From Lepidodermella squamata (Eukaryota; Animalia; Gastrotricha): 64,000 nucleotides of DNA. Positions 14,001 to 27,017 of the stretch are shown here, one piece after another. Made by a program: the position numbers and the translations under genes. Each line of letters starts with the position of its first letter. The stretch's first letter is position 1. The stretch lies in contig JBLDXI010000012.1 in the NCBI GenBank assembly GCA_047495785.1, forward strand, positions 558,001-622,000, written 5' to 3'. The notes under the pieces are model-generated. The model was given only the letters and a program-made list of their open reading frames with translations, was not told the origin of the DNA and did no database searches.

Positions 14001-16236
14001 GCTGGTTCGAAACGACCAAATCGACCCTGCTGGCCATGTTGGAACACAGATGTCGGCGAGCGCCGCTAACCGCCCGGCTAAATGCAACGGTGCAGTCACC
14101 CTGGTCAAAGCTACGGCCTTCCCGATGTACGCGCAATCGCCCAACTTCGGCAGCGGCAACTACTTCCCTCAGGACACATGCTACTGGTTGATTCAGTCTG
14201 ATCTTGGCACAACGATTCGCGTCAATTTCTTGTCGTTTGATCTGGAAAATGGCGGCCGTAACTGCCCGAACGACTACGTTGCGTTGTACGATGGCGAGGG
14301 TGATCAATCGCCGTCTCTTGGTCGTTTCTGCGGCTCGAACCTGCCGAGAACTATTCAGAGCCATGGCCGCTCGATGTTGGTCGAATTCAACAGCGACCAG
14401 TCGAACGAGAAGGGCGGTTTCAAGTTCGCATACGAAGCTGTTCAGGCGCAAGGTCAAGCTCCAGCTGCTGCAGGTTTCGGCGGCTCGGCTTTCAACCATT
14501 CAGATGCGGAGAATTCGTGGCTACGACACAGTTTGAACTCTCTGGGAGTTGGAGCTGCCGGGGTTTCTGGTCTCAATCTACCTCGTCTCCCGAACGTCGG
14601 CGCTGCTGGTGGTGTCGACATTCCGATCCCAGGCGTGCCGCCGGTACCTGAGGTGCCAGGCATCCCTCAACTTTCTCAGCTGCAATTAGCTGGTGCAGGT
14701 CACCAGGGCGGAGCTGGCTTCGCTCAACAGGCGCAACAACATCAACAAGCCCAACGCCAACAACCTCAACAGCAGCAACAGCAGCAACAGCAACCACAAC
14801 AACAGCAGCAGCAGCATCAACAACAACAACAACAACAGCAACAGCAACAGCAACAACAGCAAAATTTCAACCAACAGCGGGTCAACAATAACCAACAAGG
14901 CGCAGGCGCCGGCCAAGGTATGGCTAACTTCCCAGCCAACCCCGCTCAACAATTCGTGCAGCAATTTGTCCAACAACAATTCACTGGCCCAACTTCAATG
15001 CCAGTTGTTGCCGGTAACAGCTTCAACAACTTCGCCGGCGGTATCTTGAACCAACGGCCTAGGAGTAGCCGGAAGGCGAACGGAAATTTCGAAGCGGGTA
15101 ACTACGAAGGTGGCGCTGAGGGCGACGAGAACGAGGCTGATGGTGAGTTTAGTGAGGATGAGCAAAATGCGGAGAGTGAATTCGAAAATAACCAACAAGG
15201 CCAGAACCAAGGTCAGGAGACTGGTAATTTCGAAGATTCCGGCTCGACTTTCATGAGCGTTCCAACTGGCCCGCAGCATGAAGAGGTCGCCCACAACAAC
15301 CGCCTCGTTTCGAACAAAGCCTGCCGCGGCCGTATCGTCTCGTTAGTCGCGCCATCAGACGGCGCTTTCTTCCGTCTCGCGTCGTCAAACGGCGAGGATG
15401 GCAACTATCTGGCGAACGATAACTGCAACTGGTTCTTATCTGCCGCTGCTGGACAGGTGTTGCAGATCAAGTTCTCGTCGTACGAAATCTCCGGCTCGGA
15501 CACGTCGGCCTGCGAAAATGACTACATCGCCATTTTCAACGGCGTCAATCGCAAGGCGCCGCTCATCGGCCGTTACTGCACGCGAAACCCGCCACCATCC
15601 GTTGTCGTCACCAATGGCTCTTATGCCTTCATCGAATTCAGCGCTGCCAGCAAATCGCCGCAGCGAGGCCACGGCTTCGTTCTCGATTTCAAACAGCTCG
15701 ACACGCCCGAACATGGTATGCGAAAAATCCTTCAATTTTGTCAATTTTTTAATGGAATTTTTTTAGCTCATACCGAAAATGCTACTACAACCACGACTAC
15801 AACAACAGAGAAGGCGCCTGAAGCCACTGAGCCAGCGCCAACTGCCGCTGCCTCTCAGGCCCAGCCGCGTTGCCTCGGCCGTCAGATGCTGTTGACCGCT
15901 GAACGTGGGGCTATCGAAGCGCCAGTCAACGAAGTTGGCAACTACTACCCTCTCGACACCTGCATCTGGCGGTTATCAGTCGACGCCGGCAAGAAAATTC
16001 TGTTCCACTTCGACCGGCTCGCAATCGAGGAAACGCCTCAGTGCCAGTATGACGCGGTTCGCATCTACGACGGCCCATCATCGCAAGGCCAGCAAGCGCC
16101 GTTGATCGGCGGCTTCTGCGGTGCCGTGCTGCCCGTCAACCCAATCACCACCTCGTCGAACCAGGCTGAAATCGTCTTCAGTTCAGATTCAACCGTTGAA
16201 GACAAGGGCTTCCTTCTAACCTATCGTGTTGTTTGA
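11025..16236 (+). CDS. Secreted multi-CUB protein (9 CUB domains) with a Q/N/G-rich low-complexity insert
   Basis: Signal peptide exon 11025-11088 (MHRWLSTVLIASTLGSSSLVS). Nine C.G....SPN(Y/F)G.G.Y...D.C.W...C..D....YDG...FCG...F.SD...GF units, short introns (e.g. 15716-15766). No protease, EGF or TM segment seen. Confidence 0.9.
14725..14880 (+). repeat. Coding CAA/CAG repeat (polyglutamine tract)
   Basis: Imperfect (CAR)n tract encoding QQAQQHQQAQRQQPQQQQ...QQNFNQQ. Confidence 0.95.
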
Positions 16237-16896
16237 GTTTTTTACGCTATCACTCAATGTGCAATGGAGGTCGTTTCCATCGTCATCCCAATGAGATCTG
16301 CAAATCAATTTATGCCTGTTTTCAAAGAACACTAAATATCATCTTATTTATGACAAATTTTACTCGCTAAATTTACTATCGAGAACTGTTTTGTACAGTA
16401 ACATCACCAACTGAATCAAATACCTGTCGATTGCTGCGTGAAACACAACGCTGCGGAAAAATGAACGGCGAATTCGCTTTTTTACTCGAATTAACCCCGA
16501 ACTTGTTGTTTCATCTTTTTCGTATGAATCAAAAAGAAGCAGTGCTGTCTTTGTTGTGTTCTCTCGATTGCAATTGAGAAATATTTATTGCATTATATTA
16601 TGTATGTTCATGGACTGTACTATTCATGGTTCATTTGCGATGGATCTTCGAACTGGGACAATTATAATTATAGAAAAACGAACTGCAAAAAATGAAGATT
16701 AAATAATACCGAAAAACGTTTTTATCAAAATTGGTTTTGTCATCCTCAATTTTATTATAAAGCGTAATAACCACTGCGTTGCGTGCCTTATCGCAGTTTT
16801 TCGCACATCCTGCCAGATGGTTGGAAAATTTAGAGCGTAGCCAAAATGACCGGCTATTTAGTCATTTTTTATTAGTTTTCCGCGTACCAAGCTACC

Positions 16897-19758
16897 ATGG
16901 AATCGGTAACGAGCGAAAAGCGCGCTTTGTTAACTCCCGAGGTCATGTCAACTCATACGAATCAAGAAGCCGATGAGCCGGGTGACGCAAATAGCAGTGG
17001 CTACGTCAGCAATAATCATAAGGGAGCCAGGGAGAGTTTTTTGATGGACAGCCTCAATAATCACAGTAGTACGGCTCTGATGCGCTCGCGACCGTCAATG
17101 AACCATAGCAATAGATTCGTCAAACGAGGATCACTCACTATCAATAGCCTGCCACAGCAGTTTAGTTATAACGAAGAATCAGCAATAGCCGGCTCGCCGT
17201 TAATGGAACGCAGAAGTCAGGTTAGCACGCTGTGCCTCTCATGCGTGACATTTAAAATACGGCTTATATGCACTACGAGCTAAAAAATGATCATTAGAAT
17301 AGTACTAATGTTAAGACCACGGAAATTGTCTTTTTCGAGACGCTATTCTTTAGATTGTCCTGCTTCTGTTTTGCAACCCCAGGAAACCCTGCTTCAAAGG
17401 TCAAGCAATCCGAACAACCCGGTAACGTCTAGCAATCGCGGCTCGCAAAATGAGGAGAACGCAAGTGATGCTGAAATGTTAGATGACGATCCGTCGAATC
17501 GGCAGTCGTCTTCTTCTTATCAAAGTTCGCATGCACAATCTTGGCGGCCTTGGTTCGACAAAACTTGCTGCTTCGGTTTAATTCGCTTACGATGCACTTG
17601 GATCTTTCACCCGCAAGGACCATTGAGCTATATGTGGCTGCTGATCGTTAGCATAGCTGTTATCCATAACATAATCGTAAGCCATCAATTCTATGGTAGC
17701 TGCTATTACTCATGATTTTATTGTTCGTAGCATATTCCTCTTCGGTACGCATTCTGCGGGTGGAATATGAACTTTGCAATGGCTGCTACGACAGAAAGCA
17801 TCATTCGAGGCTCCTCGAATATATCATCTGCCTTGAAGGCCATCCCGGCAATGTTTCCACCACAGGATATCGCATTTTGGATGATACCAGATTATTTTTT
17901 TGATACAATTTATGCTGTCGATATTTTAAAGTCGATGCGAACTGGTTATTTCGAAGAAGGCTTTATGAATGCCCATCCTCAAGCTATTTTTTCTCACTAC
18001 GTCGGTTCGGCTTCTTTTTATGCCGACGTTTTATCTCTACTTCCCCTTGACTTCCTGTATTTATCATTTGGATTGAATTCGCTTCTCAGAATGCCAAGGA
18101 TAATAAAAATCTATCGATGGTTTCAGTTTATCAACTGGACGGAGAGACACACGAGCTGGCCCAATGTTGCGAGATCAATCAAAATGTTCATATACGTCCT
18201 CATTATTTGTCACTGGAACGCAGCTTTAGCCAAAACAGCCTTGCAAGGGTAAGAATAATTATTCATTAATTAGTGCGGCATTTTTCAACCCAATCTCATA
18301 GATACGAAACTATCTGGTTTATTAAGGAAAACAATACAGTGATAACGACTGGATTCAGCGAAATTAAGCCCTCCAATCAAACCATGTTTTTGTCCTCAGC
18401 TGAAGACCTTCCAACCTACTGGGCATGGCTTTACGTCTCCGTGTCAACCTTGTGCACTCTTGGCCTGTCCGCCACAAATGGGCTGAAATTCAACGAACCG
18501 CCTTTCATCTTCATTTTTCTCATCTCACAAATGATGGTTGGCCTCGTGCTTTTCGCTGTGACCATTGGCGAAATATTGCTCATCGTTGATAGCTTAGGAG
18601 CTGGTCGGCGAGAGTTCCAAAGTAAGGCGGTAATCATTTTTTAATTCGATTTTATTTCGCTCACATTTTATCTCAGTGCATCTTGACGCTGTGAAAAATT
18701 ACATGGTGAAGCAGGACATTCCTAAGCCGGTTTGCTCTAAAGTAATACGCTGGTTTGATTACATTTGGGAGTCCAAGCGCGGATTCGACGAAGAGCGCCG
18801 CCACCTTATGGTGTTGCCAGATTGCCTGCAAGCGGACATATCTCTTCACGCTTATTTACACACATTGAAGCAAGTCGAATTTTTCCGCAACACCGAGGCT
18901 GGTTTCTTGAAAGAACTGGTTCTAAAACTTAAGCCAATCCTATTCAGCCCCGGAGAGTACATTTGTCGAAAGGGAGAAATCGGCCGCAACATGTTTATCA
19001 TTGAAGTTGGCCTGCTTCAAGTTTACAGTGGAAAGCATGTTAATTCCAAGCCGGTTGCTTTGCTGAAAAAGGGGCAATACTTCGGTGAGCTGAGTATTTT
19101 AAATATGGGCAAAGCTGGCAATAGAAGAACAGCCACGATTCGCTCGGTTGGCTACTCTCATTTGCTATCCCTTTGCAAGGACGATTTGTTCAGCGTTCTT
19201 CAAGATTTTCCGAAAGAACGAGCTCGCTTAGAATATTTCGCAGCAAAGCGAAGCGAAAAATATCACCAAGAGAAAGTTCAAGAAAAGCTTCGGCGCCAGC
19301 AAAGCCGCGAAACTATTAATCAACTCATCCTTAATGAGGGCAACCCGGAAATGACGGAATGGTGCAGCAGCAATAATTTAGAACAAAGTCCGATTGCGAA
19401 CGGTGCGTTGGGGCATACCGCTACATTCGAAACATCTTCATCATCGTCGAGCGAAGTTGAAGCGATTGGAAATTCTGCAAGAGATAATATTGCAAGATGG
19501 CAAAATGCCGAGGCTTCAGTTTCGCAAAGTGAATTGTTCGCAAGTGAAGGCAATTTGCCGCGAATTCCTGCGAGCGAAACTAATCACATTGATCAGATAG
19601 AACCGAGACCATCATGCACCACGGCTTCAACGCCTCGTGAGCGAGCTCGGCGAAGTAATTTAGTGGCGAGAATAACAGCCGTCAACACTGGTTCGCCTCT
19701 TCTTTCCAGAGTGGCGCGATCGATGGAGACAATAACTGGTCGTGAATCTGTACTTTGA
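16897..19758 (+). CDS. Cyclic-nucleotide-gated channel, alpha (CNGA)-like subunit
   Basis: Exons approx. 16897-17220, 17353-17676, 17730-18249, 18302-18620, 18676-19758. DVLSLLPLDFLY, S4 LLRMPRIIKIYR, HWNA, C-linker VIRWFDYIW, CNBD FSPGEYICRKGEIG...YFGELSILNMGKAGNRRTATIRSVGYS. Confidence 0.9.
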
Positions 19759-19868
19759 TAAAACGAAGCTTGCGTTTGCGAGAGCAGTCATTTTTATTAT
19801 TTGCAATCAATTTTAACAAATTATCCAAAATAAAATCGGTGTTATAACTTGGATGGCATTTCTGGGTG

Positions 19869-21181
19869 TTACTTTTTCTTTCCAGACTTCTTTCCCTTTC
19901 CCTTCCTTCCTTTCTTTTTCGGCGCATAGAGACCAATGCCTCGTCGAGCCATGATCGTGCGCCACCACGACTGAATTTTGAGGGTCGCTCGCATTTCGGC
20001 AGCCTCGCGCTCGGCCTTTTTACGAGCGCGTTCCTTCTCAATTTTATCTTGGAGCACAACCTTTTCGTATTCTTCGTAGGTTCTTGTCATTCGTTCCAAT
20101 TTGTCGAGATCTCGAGCTTTATCAGACTTGAGCTGGTCAAGTTTTATCTGCAATGCGTCAACGTCCTTCTCGTATTTGGCCATCCAGAAGTCTCGCTTCT
20201 CCTCGAGTTCTTTCTCGTGCACGCGAAGATAATTCTCGATTTCATTATTGACGCGCTGTTCTTCCTCGAGTCGTACTGTCAAGAGCTGAAAATGAAATCA
20301 ATTCAACAGTCAATTCATGATATTTTCTGATCAACTCTTCTTACTTTCTTCTCTTCTTCCAATTCTTCCTCGGATAAGCGACATTTGTGTTGAGTCTGGG
20401 CAACGTTGACGTCGGTCAGTTTTTTCACATACTTTTCTTCCATGTTTGTTTTGGCTTTAGTTTCCTGAAGCTGGTCTTTCAAGTGAGCGTGATACTCAGC
20501 TCGTTGTTGCAATTCAATTTCTTTCTGACGGTTGACTTCAACGATTTGCTTTTGCAAACCTTTGATACGTTTTTTCAGGTCTTCTTCTCTGTATGAACAT
20601 TGGAAAAAGTTATGAATGAGCTTTATGTTAGTAAGTAAGTTTAAACCTGTGGATATATACCTTCAGCATAGACATTCGCTTATTTTCAGACGTCACAGCA
20701 TCAACTAGACATTGAAACGATCCATTTAATCTAAGATCACCTGTGAGACGCGTGAGAACGTTTTGACAGAATTCCCTGTTGTAGAAGGGACAGACAGTTG
20801 GTTTAAAAATTCCGATAATGAATTCTTGTCAGCATACCTGTCTGCCTTAATTTTCTCGAGGTTCTCAGGAGTCAGTGGATTCTGGCTCAGCCCTCTCTCA
20901 TATTTGTGCATGCCGTCACGCACATCTTTCCCAATTGCAGGGTCGCGTTTCCCAGGTTTGACGTCACGCGAAAATGACTTATCCTCAATCGCCCGCTGAT
21001 TCTCCACGACTTGTCCGATTTGCTCCGCAAGAAAGTCTTGAACGTTTGGCCGAGACTCGAAACTTTTGGGCATAATGCTGCCCAAAATATTGAGTTGGTC
21101 AATACAGTCGTCCACCACGCTGGAAACCTGGCAAGCTTCCAGGTTATTAAGCTGGTAGAGATATTGTAAGGTATGAGACAT
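19869..21181 (-). CDS. IQCG: Dynein regulatory complex subunit 9 (IQ motif containing G)
   Basis: Spliced coiled-coil protein with DCIDQLNILG, LKDQLQETKAKT, FWMAKYEKD, IQ motif KIQSWWRTIMARRG and a Lys-rich tail. Confidence 0.9.
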
Positions 21182-21263
21182 CCTTAAAATGGGTATCTAA
21201 AAATAAAACACGCTGATTCACAAAATTTATATTTAATTTAACTATAAATTGATGGAAAGATAT

Positions 21264-21542
21264 TCAGTACGCCTCGGCCACAGCGATAACAGCTTTGCTA
21301 CAGTTTTCATCGAGCTGGCCATCGGATGCGAACTCGAGGTCTTGTATGTCGCAAGAATACACTTTCTCACCATGAACCCATATCTCGACGACATTCCAGT
21401 CATCAAGCTTTTCAAGGATCACTTTGTGACCAGCCTGCGTGAGCTGATTAATAAGACCTTCAAGCCGTTCCTCTCGATACTCTACTATTCCAGCCTGCCG
21501 ATATGGTCCATACCTTAAGACAGCGGTCGTATTTTGTGGCAT
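21264..21542 (-). CDS. C10orf53: UPF0728 protein (C10orf53 homologue)
   Basis: 92 aa: LRYGPY..G.VEYR..RLEGL...DWNVVEIWVHGEKVY.CDI.DLEF..DG.LD..C..A..AV..AY. Confidence 0.9.
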   Translation of the reverse strand: MPQNTTAVLRYGPYRQAGIVEYREERLEGLINQLTQAGHKVILEKLDDWNVVEIWVHGEKVYSCDIQDLEFASDGQLDENCSKAVIAVAEAY

Positions 21543-21979
21543 TTTATTACGCAGATATAGTTTCTACAATGAGAGCACTTGTATGAATTTAAAATGATTA
21601 GCTAAGCCTAAAACATGGTATCGGGAGAGAGGATGTTAGCTGCTGAACCCAAAAACACTTAGAAATGATTATTTGTGAGAAGGAGACTAATCCTGAGAAA
21701 GAATGAAAAGTTTGATGGCCATCGACTAGCACCGAATACATTAGCCACAGTCAATAAATGTGCTCGAGTACAAGGAGTAAAAAAACCCGTGAATCACAAA
21801 ACAAATTGTAGCAATCGACTTGTGATTCGAGAAAGGAGGTTACTCATAAGCCATGTCAAACTAGGCACAAAAATTACAAATCTAGCCAGTATTTTCAGAC
21901 GTTTATACAGAATACCTGTCAGTCACGTCTAAGTGATCGATATTAGCCTATTGAAAGTCCGGAAAAGCTTATTTGGAAA

Positions 21980-22160
21980 ATAGGTGGAATTAAGCGGGAT
22001 ACAAAATTATCGGGTGACTGATGTTTATCCATTCAGAGCATCAGATGGATGGATGCAAGGATAGATTTTGGACCCAGACACAAGACCCTGACATAAGATT
22101 GGAGATTTCTTATCAGCAGAATCGCCTGTTGCGAGGGACGCATGCATGGTTGTTAAGCGT
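21980..22160 (+). mobile_element. Possible decayed pogo/Tigger (CENP-B-type HTH) transposase remnant
   Basis: One frame reads PFRASDGWMQG* (F.AS.GW is characteristic of the CENP-B/Tc5 HTH), interrupted by in-frame stops. Confidence 0.25.
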
Positions 22161-23103
22161 ATTAATTTTATGAAAAATTCCACTGTCAAATTTATTAGTT
22201 ACATTAATATATTTATATGATTTTCAGTTGAAGTTTTGTTTGGAAGTGAAAATTTTCATGTTGTCCCTATCGCCGGTAAACTGACCGCACTCTGTGCTGT
22301 GCGCCCGCCGGATCCTGTCTTCTGCCTCAAGCAGCCTTTGCCGGTAGCCAGTGCCCAGTGCACCCTGAGAGCAGCTAGCATCCTGATTACAGAGTTAAGA
22401 AAAATTAGTTTAAAAATTCCGACTTGAGGGTTGAGGGATTTTCAGTATTGCAAATTGCAATGCACGATCTCAGTAGTGCAAGAAAGCATGTGAACGAACA
22501 TATTTTGGGGCTGGCAGATGAGGCCAAAACACCCGCTACAACCACCTTCCTGCCTTATACTGCTCAAGGTCGGCTGTGGCGTTCTTCAGGCGAGTTAGAT
22601 CAACGAGGCAATCGAAACCAGCATGTACTGCGGAATCAGGCCAAAAATCCACTTGGGAGTAGGTGTCATAACTGTTTCATGTTCATATCGATTTTTTTCA
22701 GCAGGTATTCTTGGTTAGCTTACCCATATAGTGAAGTAATTGTGGCACTGCCAAAAATAGTTCCATGTATCCCGAAAACTCGCCAGTGACTAGTTATGAA
22801 ATTAATTGTCTTTAGAAAACGAGCCTTTATTCTCCGCATCATAGCCCTTAGCGTGTTCTTCGATGGCCCCCAGAGGAGAATGAGTTACTGAACGAATAGC
22901 TGATGCTGTTTAAATGTTGAGGATGGGTTAAGCATCCGCAATTTATTGAAGCTTCTTGTAGAAAATCTTTTCTATCTAAGGAACTTGTTTCTACGCTCAT
23001 GTATTGCTCTGTTGATTTACCAATTATCTACATCTTCAATTCCTATATTGCGTAACAAATCCCGTACCTATTTTTTATTATTTTTTAGATGCTTAAGACA
23101 TAA

Positions 23104-26100
23104 ATGACGGCCCTATTTTGTGCCCCAGCTGCTGTCGAGATCGACAGCCCATTGACCGCTAGTGAGAAAGATGAGTTATTGTCATATGACAGCGTCATGT
23201 TCGGATTTTGGAATCCTTGTGATCCAATCGAAGCTCATCGAAAACGACTGATAACGAGAGTTTGTGCTTCCACTTTTACGTTTGGATTATGAGATTGATT
23301 GCAATATTTTTCAGGGAATTCAACATTACGAGCGACAATTGCAAGAGAACAAAGCCAAAAATATTTTGAGTGAGGCGGAGTTGACTAAATCTTTTCTTAT
23401 TTTGGGACATCTGAACTTGCTGGTCGGCGATTTCGCTAAAGGTTAGTACATCATCGGAATAAACTCAATTGAGTTCGATTTTTCGCATAAATAGTTGTTA
23501 CTTATATGGTTGTGAGAGAAAACATACTAGTATTTCGTCTTTGTCACTTGATATTAGGTAGAATTTCTAAATTTTTTTGTTTTGCAGCATTGTCAGCTTA
23601 TCAGCATCATTTTCGCCGCCAGCCAGATTATTGGAAAGACAGCGCGTTTCTATACGGCCTTGGTTTAGTCTATTTTTACTACAATTTATTGGAATGGTAA
23701 TCTATTTTTCTTTAATATCAACTCTTAATAGAGACCTTTGCTTTCAGGGCTACGAGGGCATTCGTTCAACTGAGATCTACCGATCCTCATTTTGTTCGGA
23801 TCAAAGAGGTCAACTTGAGACTCGGCATGGCGTACAAATTATTGGGAGATTATCCAAAGAGCTTGATGGTTTGTTTCAGAGATTTTATAAATGCTTGCGT
23901 AAAAGATTATTTTCTTTTCAGTACTTTCAACTTGCTCTCGATGATCCCAGCCCCTGCACATTATCAAAATATGAAAGTGAGTGATGCGATTTAGTTGAAA
24001 TCATTTAGCTTTATTGTTCTTAACCTCATGTAGTTGACTTTCACATATGCCATCTGCACGAAAGCCAAGGCGAAGCGGTGAAGGCGAAAGATTTCTATTT
24101 ACTTCTGCTGTCACACGAAGATCTCCCATCGCAGCTACGAACTTCTGTTTTACGCCAACTAAGCTGGCTTTACATGTGCGGCGAACAACTCGGCGAAGTT
24201 AATCAGAGAAATCAGATTGCCCATCAGTACTTGCAAGAAGCTGTTCGTATAGACGCTAATGACCCTCAAAATTATTATTTGTTGGGTCGCAATTTCGCTG
24301 CCCTTGGCATGGTGCAGCAAGCGTTTCATTGCTATAGAAGTGCAATAGACAAGTCCGAAAGTAACGCCGATACGTGGTGTTCTATCGGAGTTTTGTACCA
24401 GCAGCAATGCCAGCCGATGGATTCGTTACAGGCTTACGTATGCGCTATCCAACTCGACCCTCAGCACATCGCGGCGTGGACGAATTTGGGAATTCTCTAC
24501 GATCAGCACCAACAGTTTCGCGACGCCCTGCGTTGTTATCAAAACGCGCTGCAGTTCGGCCGCTCCGCGCCGAAAAATGCAGCGTTGGAGGAACGTCATC
24601 GCGCTTTGGACGATACTCTTCAGCGCGTTCCATCCGATTGCCTTGATACCACCAACCGAACCTTGCCAACCCTAGACGAAGCGTGGAATTTGCCGATACC
24701 CAGTGATCTCAATCATCGCCAGCAACAGAAGCAGACACCGAATGGCCCTAACGTTATGATGCCTGGGCAGAGCCTGCAAAACCCAATGTATCCAGCTTGG
24801 TGGCCATCGCCTCAAAACCGGCTACAAAACGGCCCTCCAACTGTACCAGGCGGGCCTAATAACAGCGTTCATCTCGGGTCGGCATCTAGCGTTACCCGGG
24901 CAATGCAAATTGCGGCTGTTCAAATGAATGAGCGAAAGAAAAAGCGTAAAAAGAAGGATAGCATGAGTGCTTCGAACAACCCAGAATCAGTTTCACCTGC
25001 CTTGGGTAACAATAGCTCAGCCACACCTTTGCCAACCGAGCCCATTCAGTCGCAAATGTTGCCGAACCAGGAAATGATGACTGGTACTGAAAATAATTTG
25101 ACGGCCTCGGCAAATAATCACCAGGTTGCAAATGATAGCGTTCAGCCTGAACCTGGCAGCACAAATAATAACAATAATAACGGAGATATTTCAGGACAAG
25201 CAGCTCCGATGGAAATCGACATTCATCGTCCTGATATGGGCGGATCTCGCTGTGGCTTCGGCGGTTCGAACAAAACGCCTGAAGAAAGGGCGAGCTCTTT
25301 ACAGAAAGAAGAAGAGCAAAACGCTGTGAAAGCTAGCAATGGCGGAAAAAGCGACGCGTTATGCGAATTAGTGGGGCAGCCCCACGACTTGCCTGAAGAG
25401 AGCAAGCGGCCGGTTATTTCGATCGAAATGACTGCCGAACAGATTTTCAATGTATGTAAAACCAGCCTGCCTTTCAGTCGGCACCACGCTATCTACCTCC
25501 GCGACACTCTGCCAAAAATCGCGCGACCTCCTGGACCTACATTGCCGAAAGACCAATTAGTTCCGCCGATACCTACCCTTATTGTTGAAACTAAGCGTGA
25601 TGCGTTGTCTGTTGAACTGCGTGATTCGTGTCTTGCCCAACCGATTTGCATTATCCGCGGCTTGACTAATGCGCTGAAAATGGACTTGTCGCTGTTTTCG
25701 ACAAAACGGCTTGTCGAGTTGCATCCAGATTTTCCCGTCGAAGTGCGCACTCAATTTTTACAACACGCCGACGATAACCGCGACTCGACAGGGGTGAGAA
25801 CGTGGCGGTGTGAAAGCGCTAGATCTTTCACGACCATTCAACGTTACGCTGTCTATCAGGCTCAAACCTTTCAAGACTCGTTGAATGACGAGAAGGCGAC
25901 AGTGTTTAAGACGTTGGGCAATGGAGGCGTGAAAAGTGAACCTCACGATCACATGACCTCACCTACTTCGCATTCCTTAGGCGGGCCGCTGCTACCTAAC
26001 CACACAGGTCAGGTCCGGAAGCAAATCAAATTTGGAACCAATGTAGATTTGTCGAATGAGGAGAAGTGGCGAATTCATATCCACGAATTGACCAAATTGC

Positions 26101-27017
26101 CGACCTTTTTGCGCGTTCAATCGGCGTCGAATATGCTGAGCCATGTAGGTTATACCGTGCAGGGCATGAATTCGATTCAGCTATACATGAAAGTGCCTGG
26201 TTGTCGGACACCTGGTCATCAAGAGAATTTAAATTATGCAAGTATCAACATCAATATCGGCCCTGGCGAATGCGAGTGGTTCGGGGTCGCGGAGGAATAT
26301 CTCGGCCCATTTTATGCGCTGTGCAAGGAGCAAGGTGTTGACTTCGCTAGTGGGTCCTGGTGGCCCCTACTCGAGCATTTGTACCGAGAAAACATTCCTG
26401 TTTGTCGCTTCATTCAACGCCCGGGCGATATCGTATGGGTCGGTCCGGGCACTATTCACTGGGTGCAGTCAAACGGCTGGTGCAATAACATTGCGTGGAA
26501 CGTCGGCCCGCTGACCGTCGAGCAGTACAACTCGATGGTTGATCGTTACGAATTCAACAAAAGTGTGCATTACAAGTCGCTGGTGCCTATTGTTCAGTTG
26601 ACGTGGAATTTGGCGCAGAATTTGCGCATATCTGACGCGGCCTTACACCGGGCGATGAAAACTCTTCTTGCTCAAAGCATCCGGCAACTAGCACTATGCC
26701 ACCAGTTCGTCGAAGGGTTAAGCAAGAAAATTGTACCCTATCCACGGAAAGAAAACGAACCAGCTCACTATTGCGTCAACTGTGAAGCCGAAGTCTTCAA
26801 CATGCTATTGGTGCGCGAACGCGAGAAGAAGTACCTTGTTTTCTGCTTGGACTGTGCCATCAAGCTGGACGCTAAACTGAACACATTTACGGTCTTGAGC
26901 CAATATGAGCTACGCGACTTGTTCGTCGCATTCGATGGATTCCAATTAAAGGTAAAAGACTTTAATATCTTTGAATAATTGATTCAATAATTTTTGTCAT
27001 TTCAGCCTCAAAACTGA
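23104..27017 (+). CDS. KDM6A: H3K27 demethylase UTX/KDM6A
   Basis: N-terminal TPR exons ([48 protein letters not shown]), JmjC with TPGHQEN...[18 protein letters not shown], Zn finger [12 protein letters not shown]...CLDCA. Final micro-exon 27006-27017. Confidence 0.97.

Noticed and set aside
22228-22789. Exon-like pieces and a 121-aa ORF upstream of KDM6A
   Set aside because: No recognisable homology and the upstream frame has stops; cannot separate pseudogene, lncRNA or chance.
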